Shown: positions 38,235 through 51,700 of the stretch, in pieces
Position numbering within the stretch: the first letter of the stretch is position 1
Layout: every line of letters begins with the position of its first letter
Source: Chlorokybus atmophyticus
Lineage: Eukaryota > Plantae > Mesostigma and Chlorokybus algae
Reading direction: 5' to 3'
DNA length: 64,000 bases
NCBI GenBank assembly: GCA_009103225.1
Contig: RHPI01003642.1
Coordinates: 455,116 to 519,115, forward strand
Notes under the pieces: generated by a model
Told to the model about the DNA's origin: nothing
Database searches by the model: none
What the model saw: the letters and a program-made list of their open reading frames with translations, nothing else
Position numbers and translations under genes: made by a program

Positions 38235-40738
38235 ATGTCAGGCACCACGTCGGGTGGGCGGTCCAGCAACTGCAGCGAAGGATGGGAGAATTTTGACGAA
38301 GAGATATGGGGGAAGAATGCTGGTGGTCCTTCTGATGAGCAGCTGCAACATGAGTGGGAAATCAGTGAGGCGACCGTTCACCTGCGTGATCTTGAGACCA
38401 CAGCAATGGTCTCCTTAAAAGTGAGCTTATGCATCAAGCATCCGCAATCAATGTCAGACCTTGCTGCCGAAGTCTGTTTCATCCCATGTTGTACTAGTGC
38501 ACCAATGTAAACTATGCAGGCACTGCAGGTCCTACATTGGCGTGGGAAGCATCATGCCCGTGATCGTCGCAAGGTCACCAAGCTGGCCGACAAAGGCCGG
38601 ATTTGCTACGAGTACTGTCGCATGATGCCGGGGAAGACTCAAACGCAGCAGGACCCATTCAAGTTCGCTCTTACAACCAAATGCTGGCATCTGCTGAATC
38701 CAGAGCTCTCCTATCAAATGGTTGGCAATTTCCCACAGTTACATGAGCCGTCACGCAATATGGCAGCATTGTCTGTGCTGGGAGGAGTTTGCTTTGCATG
38801 TGTTGGCCTTCACAACTTCTTCATTGGTGGGTAGGCGCGTTTGAAGATTCAACAGTATCTGGGCAACAAAAAGGGATACAGCAACCCCAAGCACAAAGAG
38901 AAGCAGAAAGAACAGAGTCGGAAGCGTTACAAGGAGATGATGGAGAAGGCTTTCGCGAGGGGCTTTGTGCCAAGGCGCAGGGGAGGGCCTAGCGACAAGA
39001 ACAACAAGGTGTGTGTCATGTAGTGTCTAAGGTGTTTGTGCGATGTGCATGTCTTGAGTGCCTTTGCCATGTGCTTGATAGAAAGCCAACAAGAAGAAGC
39101 CCAAGAAGTAAAAAGAAGTGCAATCTGCCAGCGACGACGAGGATGCCACCTCAGAGGGTGACCTACAGTTTGCACAAAGTTGGCTTTGTCAATGTCGTGT
39201 TGAGAACGATGCTTTGTGTTTGATGGTGCCTTATGTATGCAGGTTGTGTGGTGTGTATGATGACCCCTTGTAATTGCACGGCGCCCACGCGTTCACATCC
39301 CGCCAGCGACGCCAGCGACGACAGAAATGGCACCTCGCAGCGTGAGCCGCGTCTTGCGCGCGCAGGCAGCTGCCGGAGTATTGTGTGTATATGCAGGCTT
39401 TTGTGATCGGTGCCTTGTGTATGTGATAGGTAACAAGGAAAGCACTGCACCACAACCCTCAAGTTCTCCTGCTACCGCTTCACAGGTCAGATGCCGCTCC
39501 TGCTTGTACTTTGCTAAACATGTGTTCATGATCGTTCATGACTGTGTTCAGGCACGTGCCAAGCAGGGTGCTGATGTGCATGACAGCAGCTCAGGGAAGT
39601 GCAAAGTGTCTGGTGAGGTACGCAGCATTGGACTTGATAGAGCGGCAATGCACTGAGTTGTGGCTCACCATCTGACTTCATGCTGTTGGCAGGAGGATGA
39701 GGTGTCAAGCCCCCCCCAAAAGAAAACAAACAAAACTGTTCGCTCGATACCAGCTCCCTACAAGTCTCAGGAGGCAGGCCACTCGACTGGCAAGCAGGAG
39801 ACGGTTTTGGAGAAGAAGAGCGGCAAGCAAAAGGAGGTATGAAAGCACCATGTACTTGATCTTATGGGCTTCTTGCGTTCTTCTGGCTGCACACAAACTG
39901 TCACCTGCGGCAGGCACGCATTCGTTGCGTGACGGTTGTAAGCTTGTTAATACGTCGTGTCACCTTGTCGCGCAGAATGAGCCAACGTATTCAGAAATGC
40001 CCGAGACAGATAGAAGCGAGAACAGCGGTGAAGACGGCGCCCCGGACAGCGCCCCGGACAGCGAGGGGGACAGCCCCAACAACAGCGACAACGACTCGTA
40101 GAAGGCAGGTCGCTTCGCAAGCGCTGTATGAGAGATCACATCTGTGTATGTGTGTACCTCTTGATGTGTTTGTCACTTGCATGCGTTGGAAGAGCTGAGC
40201 GACAAGGACGACACCGCACCAACGATGAAGGTTGGCAGTGAAGTCCAACTGTTCATTAACGGGCGCAGAGAACCAGTAGGGGAGGCGCACGTAAGCGACA
40301 TCAATCCTGTCAACAAGGTTCATGGCAAGAAGATTGGAGAGGGCAACATGGTGGTCCAGTTCAGCCGCAGTCTTCCCATCACTAGGACCAGACGTCCCGG
40401 ACCAGGGGAAGAAGAGGTTGTGCCTCTGCCTGTCAGCTTCAAGCGTGACGGGGTTGGAGTGCAAGTGACCCACTTGAAAGGTGAACGCGTTTGTGTGCAT
40501 GCGATTGCATGAACAGTTTCAACATTGTGCAAGTTTGCTGAGTTCATGTGTGGTTGATGTATGCGCAGAGTGCGAGCCGGGTTTGTTGCTACTTTGGCCT
40601 GTTGGGTTGCTGAAGAGTATCAAGGTGAGGGAGCCAGCAAAGGAAGGCACAACCACACATCGCGGGAGGGGCCGTGGGAAGGGCAGCCGGGGTGGGCGGG
40701 GTGGGCGCGGTAGGCGTGGTCGAGGCAGCAAGAAGTAG
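38235..40738 (+). CDS. TnpA-like (Tnp1/En/Spm-type C-terminal domain) accessory protein, multi-exon
   Basis: EPVGEAHVSDINPVNKVHGKKIGEGNMVVQF..LLWPVGLLK resembles the Transposase_23-type domain; RGG-rich basic tail. Middle exons not fully resolved. Confidence 0.65.
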
Positions 40739-40899
40739 GTAGCAGAGATACATTGTAGACATCAGTGAATTTGTTGTTCGAGTCAGCTGCCATTCAGCTG
40801 ACATTGCTGTCCAAATTCACCGGCTGGACTGATTGCTATGTGCTATGTCACAGCTATGCTATGTCACAGCTGTTGACGATAGCAAGATGCAGTGATTAT

Positions 40900-41360
40900 T
40901 CAACTAAACTGTGAGTGAATAACCACTTATATGTAGGACTATGTGTGTGAGCAGAAGTGCTGCATTATTCAATTATAATTCGCGTGAAAATCAACTAAAG
41001 GCAGCAGTGATTGCTCAACCATACTATGGGTGAATAACCACTCATATATAGGACTGTGTGAGAGCATATATGCTGTATTATTCAATCGCAAATCGTATGA
41101 ATAATCACTCGCTAGTATGGTACATGTGCTGTTGAAACAGCTTTAGTATGTGTCAACATTAAGCCAATATGCGTGTGAATAATTACCTATAAAGAGGACC
41201 TAGTGTGAGAGCAGGCGCTGTAAATATTCACGCACACAAAGTATGAATAATCACTTGGTGCCATGGTACAAGTCTGGGACCATGTATACCTAAGAAGACT
41301 GAATATGCAGTTCTGTTGCGAGTGAATAACTACTCACATGTAGGAGGTTGTGTGCGAGAT
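40900..41360. repeat. Degenerate tandem repeat, ~120-140 bp period (gtgaataacYact...aggac..gtgtgaga)
   Basis: About four recognisable units inside the right end of E1. Confidence 0.55.
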
Positions 41361-41689
41361 GGACAACTACAATTATTCATGACCAAAACGTGTGGATATC
41401 CATTGCTTGTATTCAGGGCATTTGGCCCGAATAATCAGCAATCGTAACAGCGACCTCTGCAGCCACGCAAGTGGCGAGTTAACACATAAAGCAGATGAGT
41501 ATTCAAGGCAAATTAGCTGAACTTTCAGAATTTCGGGGGGTCCAAAATTACCGGTGAGTAGTAGTAGTAGTTGCTCAATGTAGCTTTCATTGTAGCGTAG
41601 CAATATGTTATTGTTATTATACTATATTATATATTTGTGAATCAATCAACTTATTATATTATATTATATATTTGTGACTCGCCGTCTCT

Positions 41690-42277
41690 CACAGCTGACG
41701 ACAATCACATGCAGTACTTGCTCGTGACTGAATGGTACCGATAGGTATTGGGGACAGTGACATCAAGTACCTTGAAGGTATCATAAGGTACCCCAAAGGT
41801 ACCTGATAGTTGGGTACCTTCGAGGTACAATCGCTGGTACCTAATTGTTGGGTACCGGTTAGTTAGGTCAAGTCCCCTTCACTTGACTGATGGGTATTTA
41901 ACAGGTACCTGTCAGTCTAGGTCAGTCCCTTCATCAAAACGGCCGCCGCCTGATGGTGACGTCCGTTGTATCCAGGTCTTTGTATCGAGATTACAGGTGG
42001 ACTGAAGTACGACAGTCTAAATGAGTATCCTCAAGTGCACGGCCGTTGCCAATATTTCATCGGCCGGCAGGGAAAACAATTTGCGACGAGGCAGGCCACC
42101 GTCGATTGTACTTATCGGTCGACCGCTTGCCGTTGGTATATGTTGCTTGATAGTAACGGCCGTCCTAAAAAGTCCCTTTATGGACCAATCCGTTACGTCA
42201 GGTAGGGTTAGGCAGGGTCAGGCACCCGTCAGTCCCTCAGTCCCTTGTCGGTCACCGTGTAAAATTTGCGACGAATG
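41690..42277 (-). repeat. E1 right terminal/subterminal inverted repeat
   Basis: Inverted match to 18704-19110, plus an extra ~190-bp terminal block. Seven GGTACC copies between 41730 and 41910; TTTGCGACG occurs twice. Confidence 0.85.
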
Positions 42278-45200
42278 CGGGGGCAGTCTTGATACAACAA
42301 ACCCAACGCCTCGGGCTTGGGTGTGTCGGGGTTGGCTTGCAGGTCTAGCCGCCACTGCAATTCAAGTTGACAATTGAACTCCATCCAACCGGTGAGCTTT
42401 GTTCCTTTGTGTCTGATTATCACGTTGCGCGCTCGCTCTCTCTCATTGTAATACACGGTTTGCTGTTCCGGTTTATGAACTGGCAAGCGCTCAACCTTCG
42501 GTGCCTCACGGTGGATCTCAAACCGCAGCAACCGCCATGCGGCTTCACTGGAAGATACATAGCGTCCCTCTAAAAATGTGCTGCACTCATCAACACCCAC
42601 TATCTGGTTTGCAGCATTTTCCTCCGCATTACCTTGCGCATTAGCTCGCTGGAGCTTATAAATGGCTCAGTCGTGACCCTTATACACGTATTTATATATT
42701 TACTTTATGGAAGACACGAAAGAGCAGGCCTTGACATTGATGTGCGCGTTGTACTTCAATAAGAGCATAGGATTATACGGAACGACATCGCAATTGTTCA
42801 TGGCAACAATGTCTTGTCCAACCTTTTTATCAAAAGTGCGTTCGTCTGAACGACGTCGGTTTACCAGATATGAGCCTGTGCTGTCTGTCGTAATTAGTTG
42901 CCACTGTTTCGAATATCTTTTGGTGCAAGTCTTCTTCGTCGCTCATACACGGGCTGTTTTTATTGCGCTCGCCGCACAGTCCATGTTCCATGCTGCTTGT
43001 AATGATCTGATACAGATTTGAGTCTTTATCCTTATCCGGCAACCCCGCGCACACAATATGGTTGTACTCGTCAACCGTTTTGAGCCTGTCATCCGGCGTC
43101 AATACAGCCAATATGTGCACGTGCGGTAGCCCCCTGTTGTTGCAAACGTGTGAGCTATGCATTTCGAGATGCGTAATGAAACGGCAATCCGGCAGGTGGC
43201 GCACGAAAACACGGAACAATAATGTACCTTTTTTGCCACTCGATTGTGTAAATCATGCCGGTCAGCTTGCCGAATATCTGGTTTTTCATGAGATCTTCTT
43301 TGAGCTCGTGAAGCTTGAGGTGGAATACACGCGCGACGATATCCGGTCGATCAGATGCAGTTTGGTTAGAGAGGAGCGCATCTTTAATTTTCGTCCAATT
43401 GGGGTTGCAGGTAAATGTAATAAACAGGTTAGGTGTGCCCATCTTTCTAACAATTGCCATAGCATCCTGATACAGCTGTGTCATATGTCGCGGGGTGCCT
43501 ATCACAGACGACGGCAGCACGATGCGTTGCCCAATCTCCCCCGCCGCTTGATTATCGTCGTCCGCAACGGAATCAACCAAGCAGCACCAAGCAGCAATCA
43601 TTGGTCAACATTTCACTTCTTATGACATGGACAATCGTAATACATTACACATATCTTTGTACAGCTCCGCTCGTATGGTTTTTTGATTGCGTCGCACCCA
43701 ATCAAAACGCTGCGACTCGACCTTACACCACAAAGCCACTATGAACTCTTTTGTCAGTTTTTTGCCTCGTGTAAACATCGCACTGCAGTATTCAGGATCA
43801 CGATCCTGTGTTACAACTCATAAACATGCGCAATAGTGTTGTGAGCATCACACGTCACTCCGCGTACCTGCATCATGTATGCCGCGTACTTGCGCGCGCA
43901 GTGACACGGTTGTGTTCAACACCAGTAGCTGGCCCTTCCTCGTCATTGTTGTCTTCACATATATCCTACTTCGTTGCATGCGCGCGCGATGTCGTTGCTG
44001 CATTGTCCGCAATGTAGTATATCGGCATGCCATCCTGATTGCCCATATGGATAGAACATGATGTGCAGAGGGTCGTATGCCGCATTAAGGTCACTGACGC
44101 GATTGAGGCTCCTTCATGCCAACAGCATCGCATTGGTACTGCCGCTGCGTACATAGCATACATGGATCAGTGTAAGGTCGACGCATACCCGGCGTTTAAT
44201 CAAGATCTCTCGCGAGCCCGGCACCGCCTCACCACCACCAGGCACGAATGCCGCCAGACTTTCGTTTGCTGTTGGAGCGTTGTAGCGCCGCTTGTCGCAT
44301 TCGCAATCAGCGCGAATCACTAAATGATACGCCTCCACCTCGCTTTCGGGTGTCTCCATGAAAGTGACAAACTCTTTCACGAAATGGTTGTGTGTCAGAA
44401 ACATATGATAAAGCTCGTTTATCAACTCAGGCTTATAGTTGGTGTTGCTATACGTCAGCCTTGTGCAATAGTTGTGTCGATATTGCCAGCTAACGCAAGA
44501 GCGCGCCTCTCGATTGCATCCGCTGGGTCAATAATGTAAGGCTGTGCCGATTTTGGCTGCGCTCCTTCTCGCGGTTGCAAAGGACCCACTTGATGAAACA
44601 ACACGCCTTCCACTGTAAACATCTGCGGGCCACCTCTGACGTTGACATGAGCAGGTACCTGCAAGTAAGCAGTAATGCAGTCAATAGCACGAACGTATAC
44701 GGAAGCATAAATCATATGCATCCGTCGTATATTGTATTTGGTGGAGGCCATGGACAGGTTGCCATTGTATTTGCGGATATTCTATAAGACGTGCGCGTCG
44801 TCTCGGTGCGTCCCGAGCATCAATGAGCGCAATGGCTCGAGAAATGGCTCGTCGTGAGGGAAATGCGACGCAAGGTCCACCTTATCAACCATGCAGCATA
44901 TAGCGTAGCCACCTTGTCGCCTTTTTTGCTTTCTAGACGGCAGCGTGGCAGTGTGGACACACAGCCCGTTTGCCAATGTTACTACGTCGCGAGGGGGGTA
45001 AATTGGAGTCGTGAAAATCGTCTTTCCTAGCACAGCCGTGTGACGCAGGTTTTCGGAATTGCGTTTGCCTCATATTTTCCGTCGCTGATGCTCTTCGTAT
45101 CCTTTGTGTATTTGAAGTCATATTCTCGCGATGTGCTGCTGTGGTTGTCCAATTGGCTTCCTGACGCCTGCTCGCCATGTTTGGCGTTTCTTGCGCGCGC

Positions 45201-45543
45201 AACGCCGCGATGCGTGATGCCTAGCTTTGCTGCTGTTGCAAGTCTATTTCATGTTGTTGCCGCTGTTCTTCATGTTATTTAAGATGGATTTCGTCTGCCA
45301 TGCGTAGTTGATGCTCGACGTGCTGTTGTTGTCGCTCTGTGCCTTGAGGATGTTGTCGACGCTCTTCAACTTGTTTTTACCGCAGCTCACATCTACGTGT
45401 AGCTTGCGCTTCTTGCCTTTGCTGTCTTTGTGAATTCGTCTGAGCTGCTCGCCAATCACGCGTTCTTTGTGCTGCTGCCACGGCCGCTCATTGCTTCGTA
45501 GCCGGCGACATTGCCCTCCTAGCACGTTGTAAAGCAGCTGCAC
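42278..45543 (-). pseudogene. Helitron Rep (HUH endonuclease) 5' half, degenerate
   Basis: CPHC zinc site; FHQVGPL; RRYNAPT; VLPSSVIGTPRHMTQLYQDAMAIVRKMGTPNLFITFTCNPNW; EWQKR..GLPHVHIL; EGRYVSSSEAAWR. The Helitron 5' TC end was not located. Confidence 0.9.
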
Positions 45544-45772
45544 GTGCTCGCCGTGCAGCCTCTCTGTCCGTATTGGAGGGGCCAGGATCGTCCATGTTTA
45601 CACGGCCCCACTCACAATAGGTTCCGTAATATATAAAGGGTATTGGATATCACAATCGCGTAAAACGTGAATCAATTGCACTCCAAGTAGACATGGATAC
45701 ATATATACCTACATCTATCAAGTACATCTCAAGTATAACAACCCTACCCATTTGTATCAACAATTTGCTCGT

Positions 45773-46358
45773 TCATCCCTCTCTTTTGGATGCAAGTTTC
45801 TACAATTGTCTCCAAAACGGCAATTGTTGAGCAAAGCCATCCAACACACCCTCATATGTTTCGATGCGTCTACCTCACACTCATTTGCCTAATTTGCCAA
45901 TTGCTGCGTATGCCAATATTCATCGAGCATCTCTTTCTTGATGACGACTGCAAAGCGGCTCTTTGTGTGGAATGTACGCAACAACCCATTCATGCAGTGC
46001 TCACTTGCGTGCTTGACCGATTTGACTGCTAACTCTCTGCGCATTACTCGGCAGTCATCCTCCAACTCCGTGACTCGCTTTGGTGAGAAATGCAGTTGAG
46101 ACTTGGCATGTGCGAGGGCAACATCCAATGCTTGGTAGCGTGCTTTGTACTGCTCTTATTTTGTGAACATGACGTCATAACTGCTTTCGTCAACTTTGCG
46201 GTGTACCTGCAACCGAACATGCGTAAGTCAACATGCCCTGTCTTTGCTCATCATTGCAATCAGCTCAGCGCGCATACCTTGCGTGCGGATGGGGGTGGTG
46301 GTGAGGGTGTATCCTCGTCACTGTCTGAACCGAAGATGTTTTCCAGAGTCACAGGCAT
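45773..46358 (-). pseudogene. Small two-exon gene with a C-terminal CCCH zinc finger, upstream of Helitron Rep (possible cargo)
   Basis: MPVTLENIFGSDSDED..RK|VHRK.. ends VCWMALLNNCRFGDNCRNLHPKEG* (C-x7-C-x5-C-x3-H); two premature stops. Confidence 0.6.
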
Positions 46359-46439
46359 CTGCAAGCAATGACATCAATATGAGAGAGAGAGATGCGCACA
46401 CAACTTCTCCGCCTACTACTTCTCAGGCACACGCATGCA

Positions 46440-46734
46440 CAGAAGACGGACTTCACACACACAACACATGCACACAACCACAACCACAACCACAACATGC
46501 ACTGACTTCAACACATGTCATCAACAACAGCAGCAACACACACATGTGTGGGCTGGAGGGGGGGCTGCGTCACTGCCTGGCTTAGCCGTTGGGCGGGCGC
46601 AGCTTGCAAGTACAAGTGGCATTGAAAGGCTAACTGGCTGGTGGGGGGGCACAACAACAACAACATCAACACACAGAACTCATCAACAACAACAACTACT
46701 CCACACAAAATAACAGCAGCAACACACACAACAA
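46440..46734. repeat. CA/CAA-rich low-complexity tract
   Basis: Read directly; ends exactly at the E2 terminus. Confidence 0.75.
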
Positions 46735-47200
46735 CAACGTCGCAAACTTTACACGCTGACTGACTAAGGACTGAGGGATTGACTGGTGCCTGAGCCTGCC
46801 TGAGCCTGCCTGTCACTGCCTGAAATATAACTTGTGGACTGTTGGGTTTGCCGTTGGCTTAAATGGACTGACGCAGATGGCCGCGGGCCGAAAGTGGTTG
46901 TCAGTGGCACTAACCGGCCGAGAGTTGTCAACCAGTTACCCTTTGGTCGATGTGCACAGACGGCCGTTAGCCGGTAGTTACGGACAGCAAGCAGCAATAG
47001 CCGGCAGTTTCTTTACCGTTACACTGCTGTTAATACGTGACCCTTGCCGTTTGACAACAGTTGGCAATTCTTGCCGTAAGCCAACACTAACATGCCATGC
47101 AGCTTGTACAAACCTTGTACTGATTGTTTGGTCTTGCACCTATAAGCCCACAATATATACAATGTACCGGCAGTGGTGAGAGTATGTCCACTTGCAACTG
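46735..47200 (+). mobile_element. E2 left terminus, related to the E1 ends
   Basis: caacgtcgcaaactttacacgctgactgactaaggactgagggattgactggtgcctgagcctgcctg aligns over ~70 bp with the reverse complement of the E1 right end (cattcgtcgcaaattttacacggtgaccgacaagggactgagggactgacgggtgcctgaccctgccta). No matching right end in the window. Confidence 0.75.
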
Positions 47201-47300
47201 AGCAGCCGACTTGCGCATGAAACTACCCTATAACATTGAGTCTAACTGTCGGACTCATGCGCAGCTTGTCAACCCATGGTGCCTGCCTCAGAACTCCTCC

Positions 47301-48200
47301 TCAAACCCCCTCCTCCTGTTCCTCCTCCGACAAGTCTTCTGCTTCAACGCCGGAGTCATCTTCATCCGCTGCCTGGCTCGCTAACAGTACAGCGGCTACT
47401 TCGTTTTTCAGCTTGAATGTCAGCGCCTCGCCGTGCACGCGCATGCGCTTGATGGTTGCTTTGAGAGTGACCACCTGCAGTTGGTAATGCTGTAAGAGTG
47501 GCGTTACGGTAACTGAGGACTAGCCCATCAGCATACACATGCTTACCTCGTCTTCCGCTTTGTTGCACTCCGCCAGGCAGACAGTCAGCCTGTCGCGATG
47601 CTCTCGGTTCACTCTGACCAACATGGCAATCTGCAAGCATACTGCTTAATTATCGCTGATCACATCAAACTAGGTCATGGATTACCCGTTCGTGGTACTC
47701 CGCAGCTTCTCTTTTGCGACTTGTGAGCTCCCGCAAGTAGAAATAGGCTGTGCATTTGCGAAATTGGTCATGCTGTTCATGTGCATGACACTGGAGGTTG
47801 TGCATGAGGGTGTGCATGTGGTATTGACAGTGTATGTCAAGTGCAAGTTACTTGAGGCTGTGCATGTGTAAGATAAAAGAACCCTAGCATGTGGCATTGA
47901 CAATGCATCGTAACCCACCTTGGTTATGCCAGTCTTGTTTGATCCCTTTAATCATGTCGTCGTGGTCGCAGCTGCTGGTGGGTCGGATTTTCTTAGAGGC
48001 AGTATTGTGGTGTGCCTTTGCCCACTCGGAGGGGGAGCATTGTAAGATATCGCCCAAATCACTGTTGTCATTGGCTGTGCCCTTGGTAGGCATGGTGGGA
48101 TTTGACACCGAGGACAGCCCTCCGGCACCCTGCCCGCCCTGTGCGAACATGGAATTCATCCCGGACCTCGACCACAATGCCCACTACGCCCCTGGCAGCG
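47301..48200 (-). CDS. Unknown multi-exon gene with acidic C-terminus, divergent from the Plavaka transposase
   Basis: In-frame spliced last exons (..GRR|VTVTPLLQHYQLQVVTLKATIKR..DEDDSGVEAEDLSEEEQEEGV*). No recognisable family; start uncertain. Confidence 0.35.
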
Positions 48201-48413
48201 CCGCCAACGATCCTCCAAACGCCACATACCCTCGGCATCACGCCCCTGTAAGGGCATAGCTTGGCGGAGCTATCAATGGTGTTTTCATGCGCAGGGGGAC
48301 TGACATTGCCAGAGTTGTCAATGGTACGAACTGCCATTGCCACTGTACAAAAGTACCATTTCAATGGTACCTTTTGGCAAAGGCATCTTCGTACCATTGA
48401 AACGGTTCAATCA

Positions 48414-48580
48414 GTATATATATATATATATATATATTTTATATACTATATACTATATATATACTATATATATACTATATATATATACTATATATATACT
48501 ATATACTATATACTATATACTATATATATGTACTATATATATACTATATATATATTATATATATATATATATATATATTT
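48414..48580. repeat. Compound (TA)n/(TATAC)n microsatellite
   Basis: Read directly. Confidence 0.93.
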
Positions 48581-48777
48581 ATCCAGAGACTCACCCTGGA
48601 CGTGCAATGGCTCGATCGTACTATAATAATGGTACGACGGAGCCAGTGAATGGCGGCCAAGTTTCCCGCCTCTGGCATGCAAGGTAGCGGTGGCGGCGGC
48701 GGCGGCTGGCTTGTGCGTGTTGCTGGATATGATGCAGGTTGCATTGGCAACACCTGTGTCGACGCTAGTAGTGAGAT

Positions 48778-51700
48778 ATGGGAGTCCTTTGTCTGTATTG
48801 CCACATGCGCTTCGCCACACGTAGCTCGGCCTACATGCACATTATTAGCAGCAGGGTGTGCAAGCAGATCAAGCTGTATGTCGGCCAGCGTCCATTACAG
48901 TACGATGCGGGTCATGTTGAACCGGGGAGTTCGATCCAGGATGCGCACATGCTTGATGTTGAAGGATTCTTCCAGGAGACACACGCACAGCAGCAACGGG
49001 AGGAGGAAGTGAACGAGGGCTTTCGATGTGTGCGTATGCCTGAGAAACCTGTGGCACGCTTACATGGAAGTGGAGGCGTCCCTTCGCACGCGTTGGAATC
49101 CAGGTGGTATGGCTTGGAGCATGCTCTTGCAGTGGCATTCGTGCAGTGCAACAATGGCCAAGGCCTTTCGGCCTCCGACATGGGGCGGATCATCAAGTGC
49201 ATCCGAAATGCACATTTCTTGACGGAAGAGCTCCAGTGGGAGACTGGTGTGCATGTGGCCAGCTACCTCCGGACAACAATTGCTTTCTCTCAGTCTGAGG
49301 TGTGCTCACGGTGTGCGGTGCATGTGCTTCAACCATCAGAGCCATGTCACATATGCACATGCGAGTGTGCTGCCGTATCAGAACTACGTGACGGCTGACC
49401 TGCGCAAGCCTGGAGACCCTGAGGATTATGACATCAGCGTCACATATATGCCGGCCAAGGTCTGTGAAATGCAGTACCTAATGCAATATCGATGCAGTAT
49501 CTATTCTGAGGCCAGCATAGTAAGTAATGCTCTTGGTCGGAGCAGGTATGGCTCGCGCGGTTGTATGGCAATCCACATGCCGCCAATGGCTTCAATCTCC
49601 AGTACAGTGGTGACGAGCACAGCTTTGGCCATCCTTCCACGAGCGATTGGTGGAAGGATGTGGAGGTGGATTTGAGGAGAGAGGTGGGGGAAGCGTCCTA
49701 CTTGGCGCCTGCCATTCTGTACAGTGACAAGACCACGCTGTACAGCGCGCGCAAGCGCTCTGGCTACCCTTTGATGGCATCGCTTGCCAACTACAGTTGG
49801 GACATGTATGCTAGCAACATGGGGGTTGTTATGATAGCGCTTCTGCCGATGGTTCACGCAGTGGCCGGGCATCCCACCTGGGCGCAGGGCAAGGAATCGT
49901 TCTCCATTCAAAAACGTGAGGTTTTTTATGACGCTTTGAATGTAGTGTTAGGGGATGTGAAGCGGGCGAGTTGGGAAGGTCTGCAGCTCATCGACCCGAA
50001 TGGCATCGAGCGTCGTGTGTTTCCCCCGCTTGCCAACTACATCAGCGATTTGCAGGTAGTGGGCATGAATGGTTGTACCTAGATGCAGCCTGCCAGCAAA
50101 CAGTGCATGGAGGATGTTGTCAGTAGAACATCTGAGTTTGTCGTGTTATAGGAGACTGCCACACTCGCACGCACTGTGTCCGGCAACCAAACACGACATC
50201 TTTGCGATGTTTGTCTCGTCACCAAATCAAATCTGTTGGAGATGGTTGAGGACCGGGAATTGAGAACCGAGGCCTTCTACACACCAAGAATACGTCAGCT
50301 GCGGGCGGACCTCCATAGCGGTGTTAGGAATGCACGCCAGGCAGCTAAGGCTTTCAAAGAGCAGCACTCCATGCATGTCGAGGAGGTAATGATCAAATTA
50401 TCGGCATTCGTGAGGATGAATGGCTTTCCGTAAAACCAGGCAATGTGGTTTGGCAACAGGATGCACTGTGGGATTGGCGACAGTCGCGGGTGCCGGGAGC
50501 TGACTGCTACTCTCGTCTTGCCCCTGACGCAATGCATGTGCTGGGAGGCATCATTGACCACCTGCTTGCTGCTGTGTACGACGCCGCGAAGGAACGAATA
50601 CGTCCATCCACGAGACAAATTCTGCAGGCCAGGCACGTCTTTGGTGTTGCTTTTGTGTTGAACACAAAAGCCAACGACACGTGCTCACAAGCAGATGTGC
50701 ACAGGCTGAATGCATGCAAGGCGACTCTGCGGGTTTCGCACTTTAAGGCACCCACAAGCAGTAGATTTCTTCCTGTCCAACCACTCCTTTCAGGTGGTGG
50801 AGAAAGTGGCGGTGCTGCAGCTGCTGCCGGTCCTCGCAGACGGTTTGCTGCTCGACGGTGAGGGCAACGATTTCTTCACCATTGCTGCCGCATCGCTTGC
50901 CCAGTGGAACAAGAAGTTGCTCAAGTTGCTCAAGGCCCATGAATACACAAGAGAGACCCTGACCACAGCCGACAACGAGCTGGCTGCCTTCAAAGCTGCA
51001 GTGTTGCATCCGCTACTGTCGTCATATTCTGCACAGAAGTCAGGTTGGATGATCGAGATGCATCAGCTCACTCATGTTGGGCCGGCAATTGTCAGCAGTG
51101 GACACCCAGATTGGTTCAGCGCCAACCGCATGGAGCAGACGCACGCCCAAAATATCATATGGTGGGCGCGTGGTGGCAACCGGGACTACCAGGCACGTAT
51201 CCTGAAGGCTTGGAGCTGTGCGGGATATGTGAGAGAGGATGGCATGGTCGTGGTTCCCGAGATGCGCTCGGTCATGGCGCAGGCGCGGCAGCAGTGCTGC
51301 AATGTCATGGAGAAGACGGACAAGTTGTTACGGATGGATGTGCTGACAAGGAGGGAGTCCAGCCCGTACTGGAGCGGATATGCGCGTAGCCGCCAAGTCG
51401 CCTTGAAGACTCCATTTGCCGACAAGTTGCCTGCCACCTTGGACAACTGGTTGAGGAGGGAACAACTGGAGTTCGCCGACGGGTGGCGTGCTGTTCGCGT
51501 GGTGAACGGAGGCGCAGCGGTGTACATGACATCAGGAGTCAGCATGGCGCGCGCAACTGGGATGTTCCATGGGCCTTGGTTCTCTACACTTGAGTTGGAA
51601 GGTGATGAGGACGGTGTGAACGTGACGTGGTGGGCTCAGGCACTCTTTTTTCTGTGCGTGGTGGTGTGGGGTGGTAGCGGCGAGCGCGTGTGGAAGGAGG

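Larger units (their letters stand above)
18704..42277. mobile_element. E1: large EnSpm/CACTA (CMC superfamily) DNA transposon, 23.6 kb (about 18.6 kb without the nested Copia)
   Basis: Ends CG|CAACGTCGCAAA ... TTTGCGACGAATG|CG give a 2-bp CG TSD. Removing it rejoins Helitron Rep (LLYQDCPR-GFH..PRR..FPAVGRM). ~400-bp imperfect inverted repeats; contains TnpD-like and TnpA-like genes. Confidence 0.82.

Noticed and set aside
18699-42284. Alternative E1 boundaries 18699-42283/42284 (CC..-type ends, DFP junction)
   Set aside because: Gives no clean TSD and disagrees with the E2 end, which starts CAACGTCGC. It is not fully excluded.
45590-45625. Plus-strand CACGGCCCCACTCACAATAG resembling the Helitron 3' end at 16152
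   Set aside because: Similarity is short and gapped and there is no CTAG, so it is likely chance.
48261-48840. Ile/Tyr-rich ORFs here and at 62903-63524
   Set aside because: Translations of TA microsatellites.
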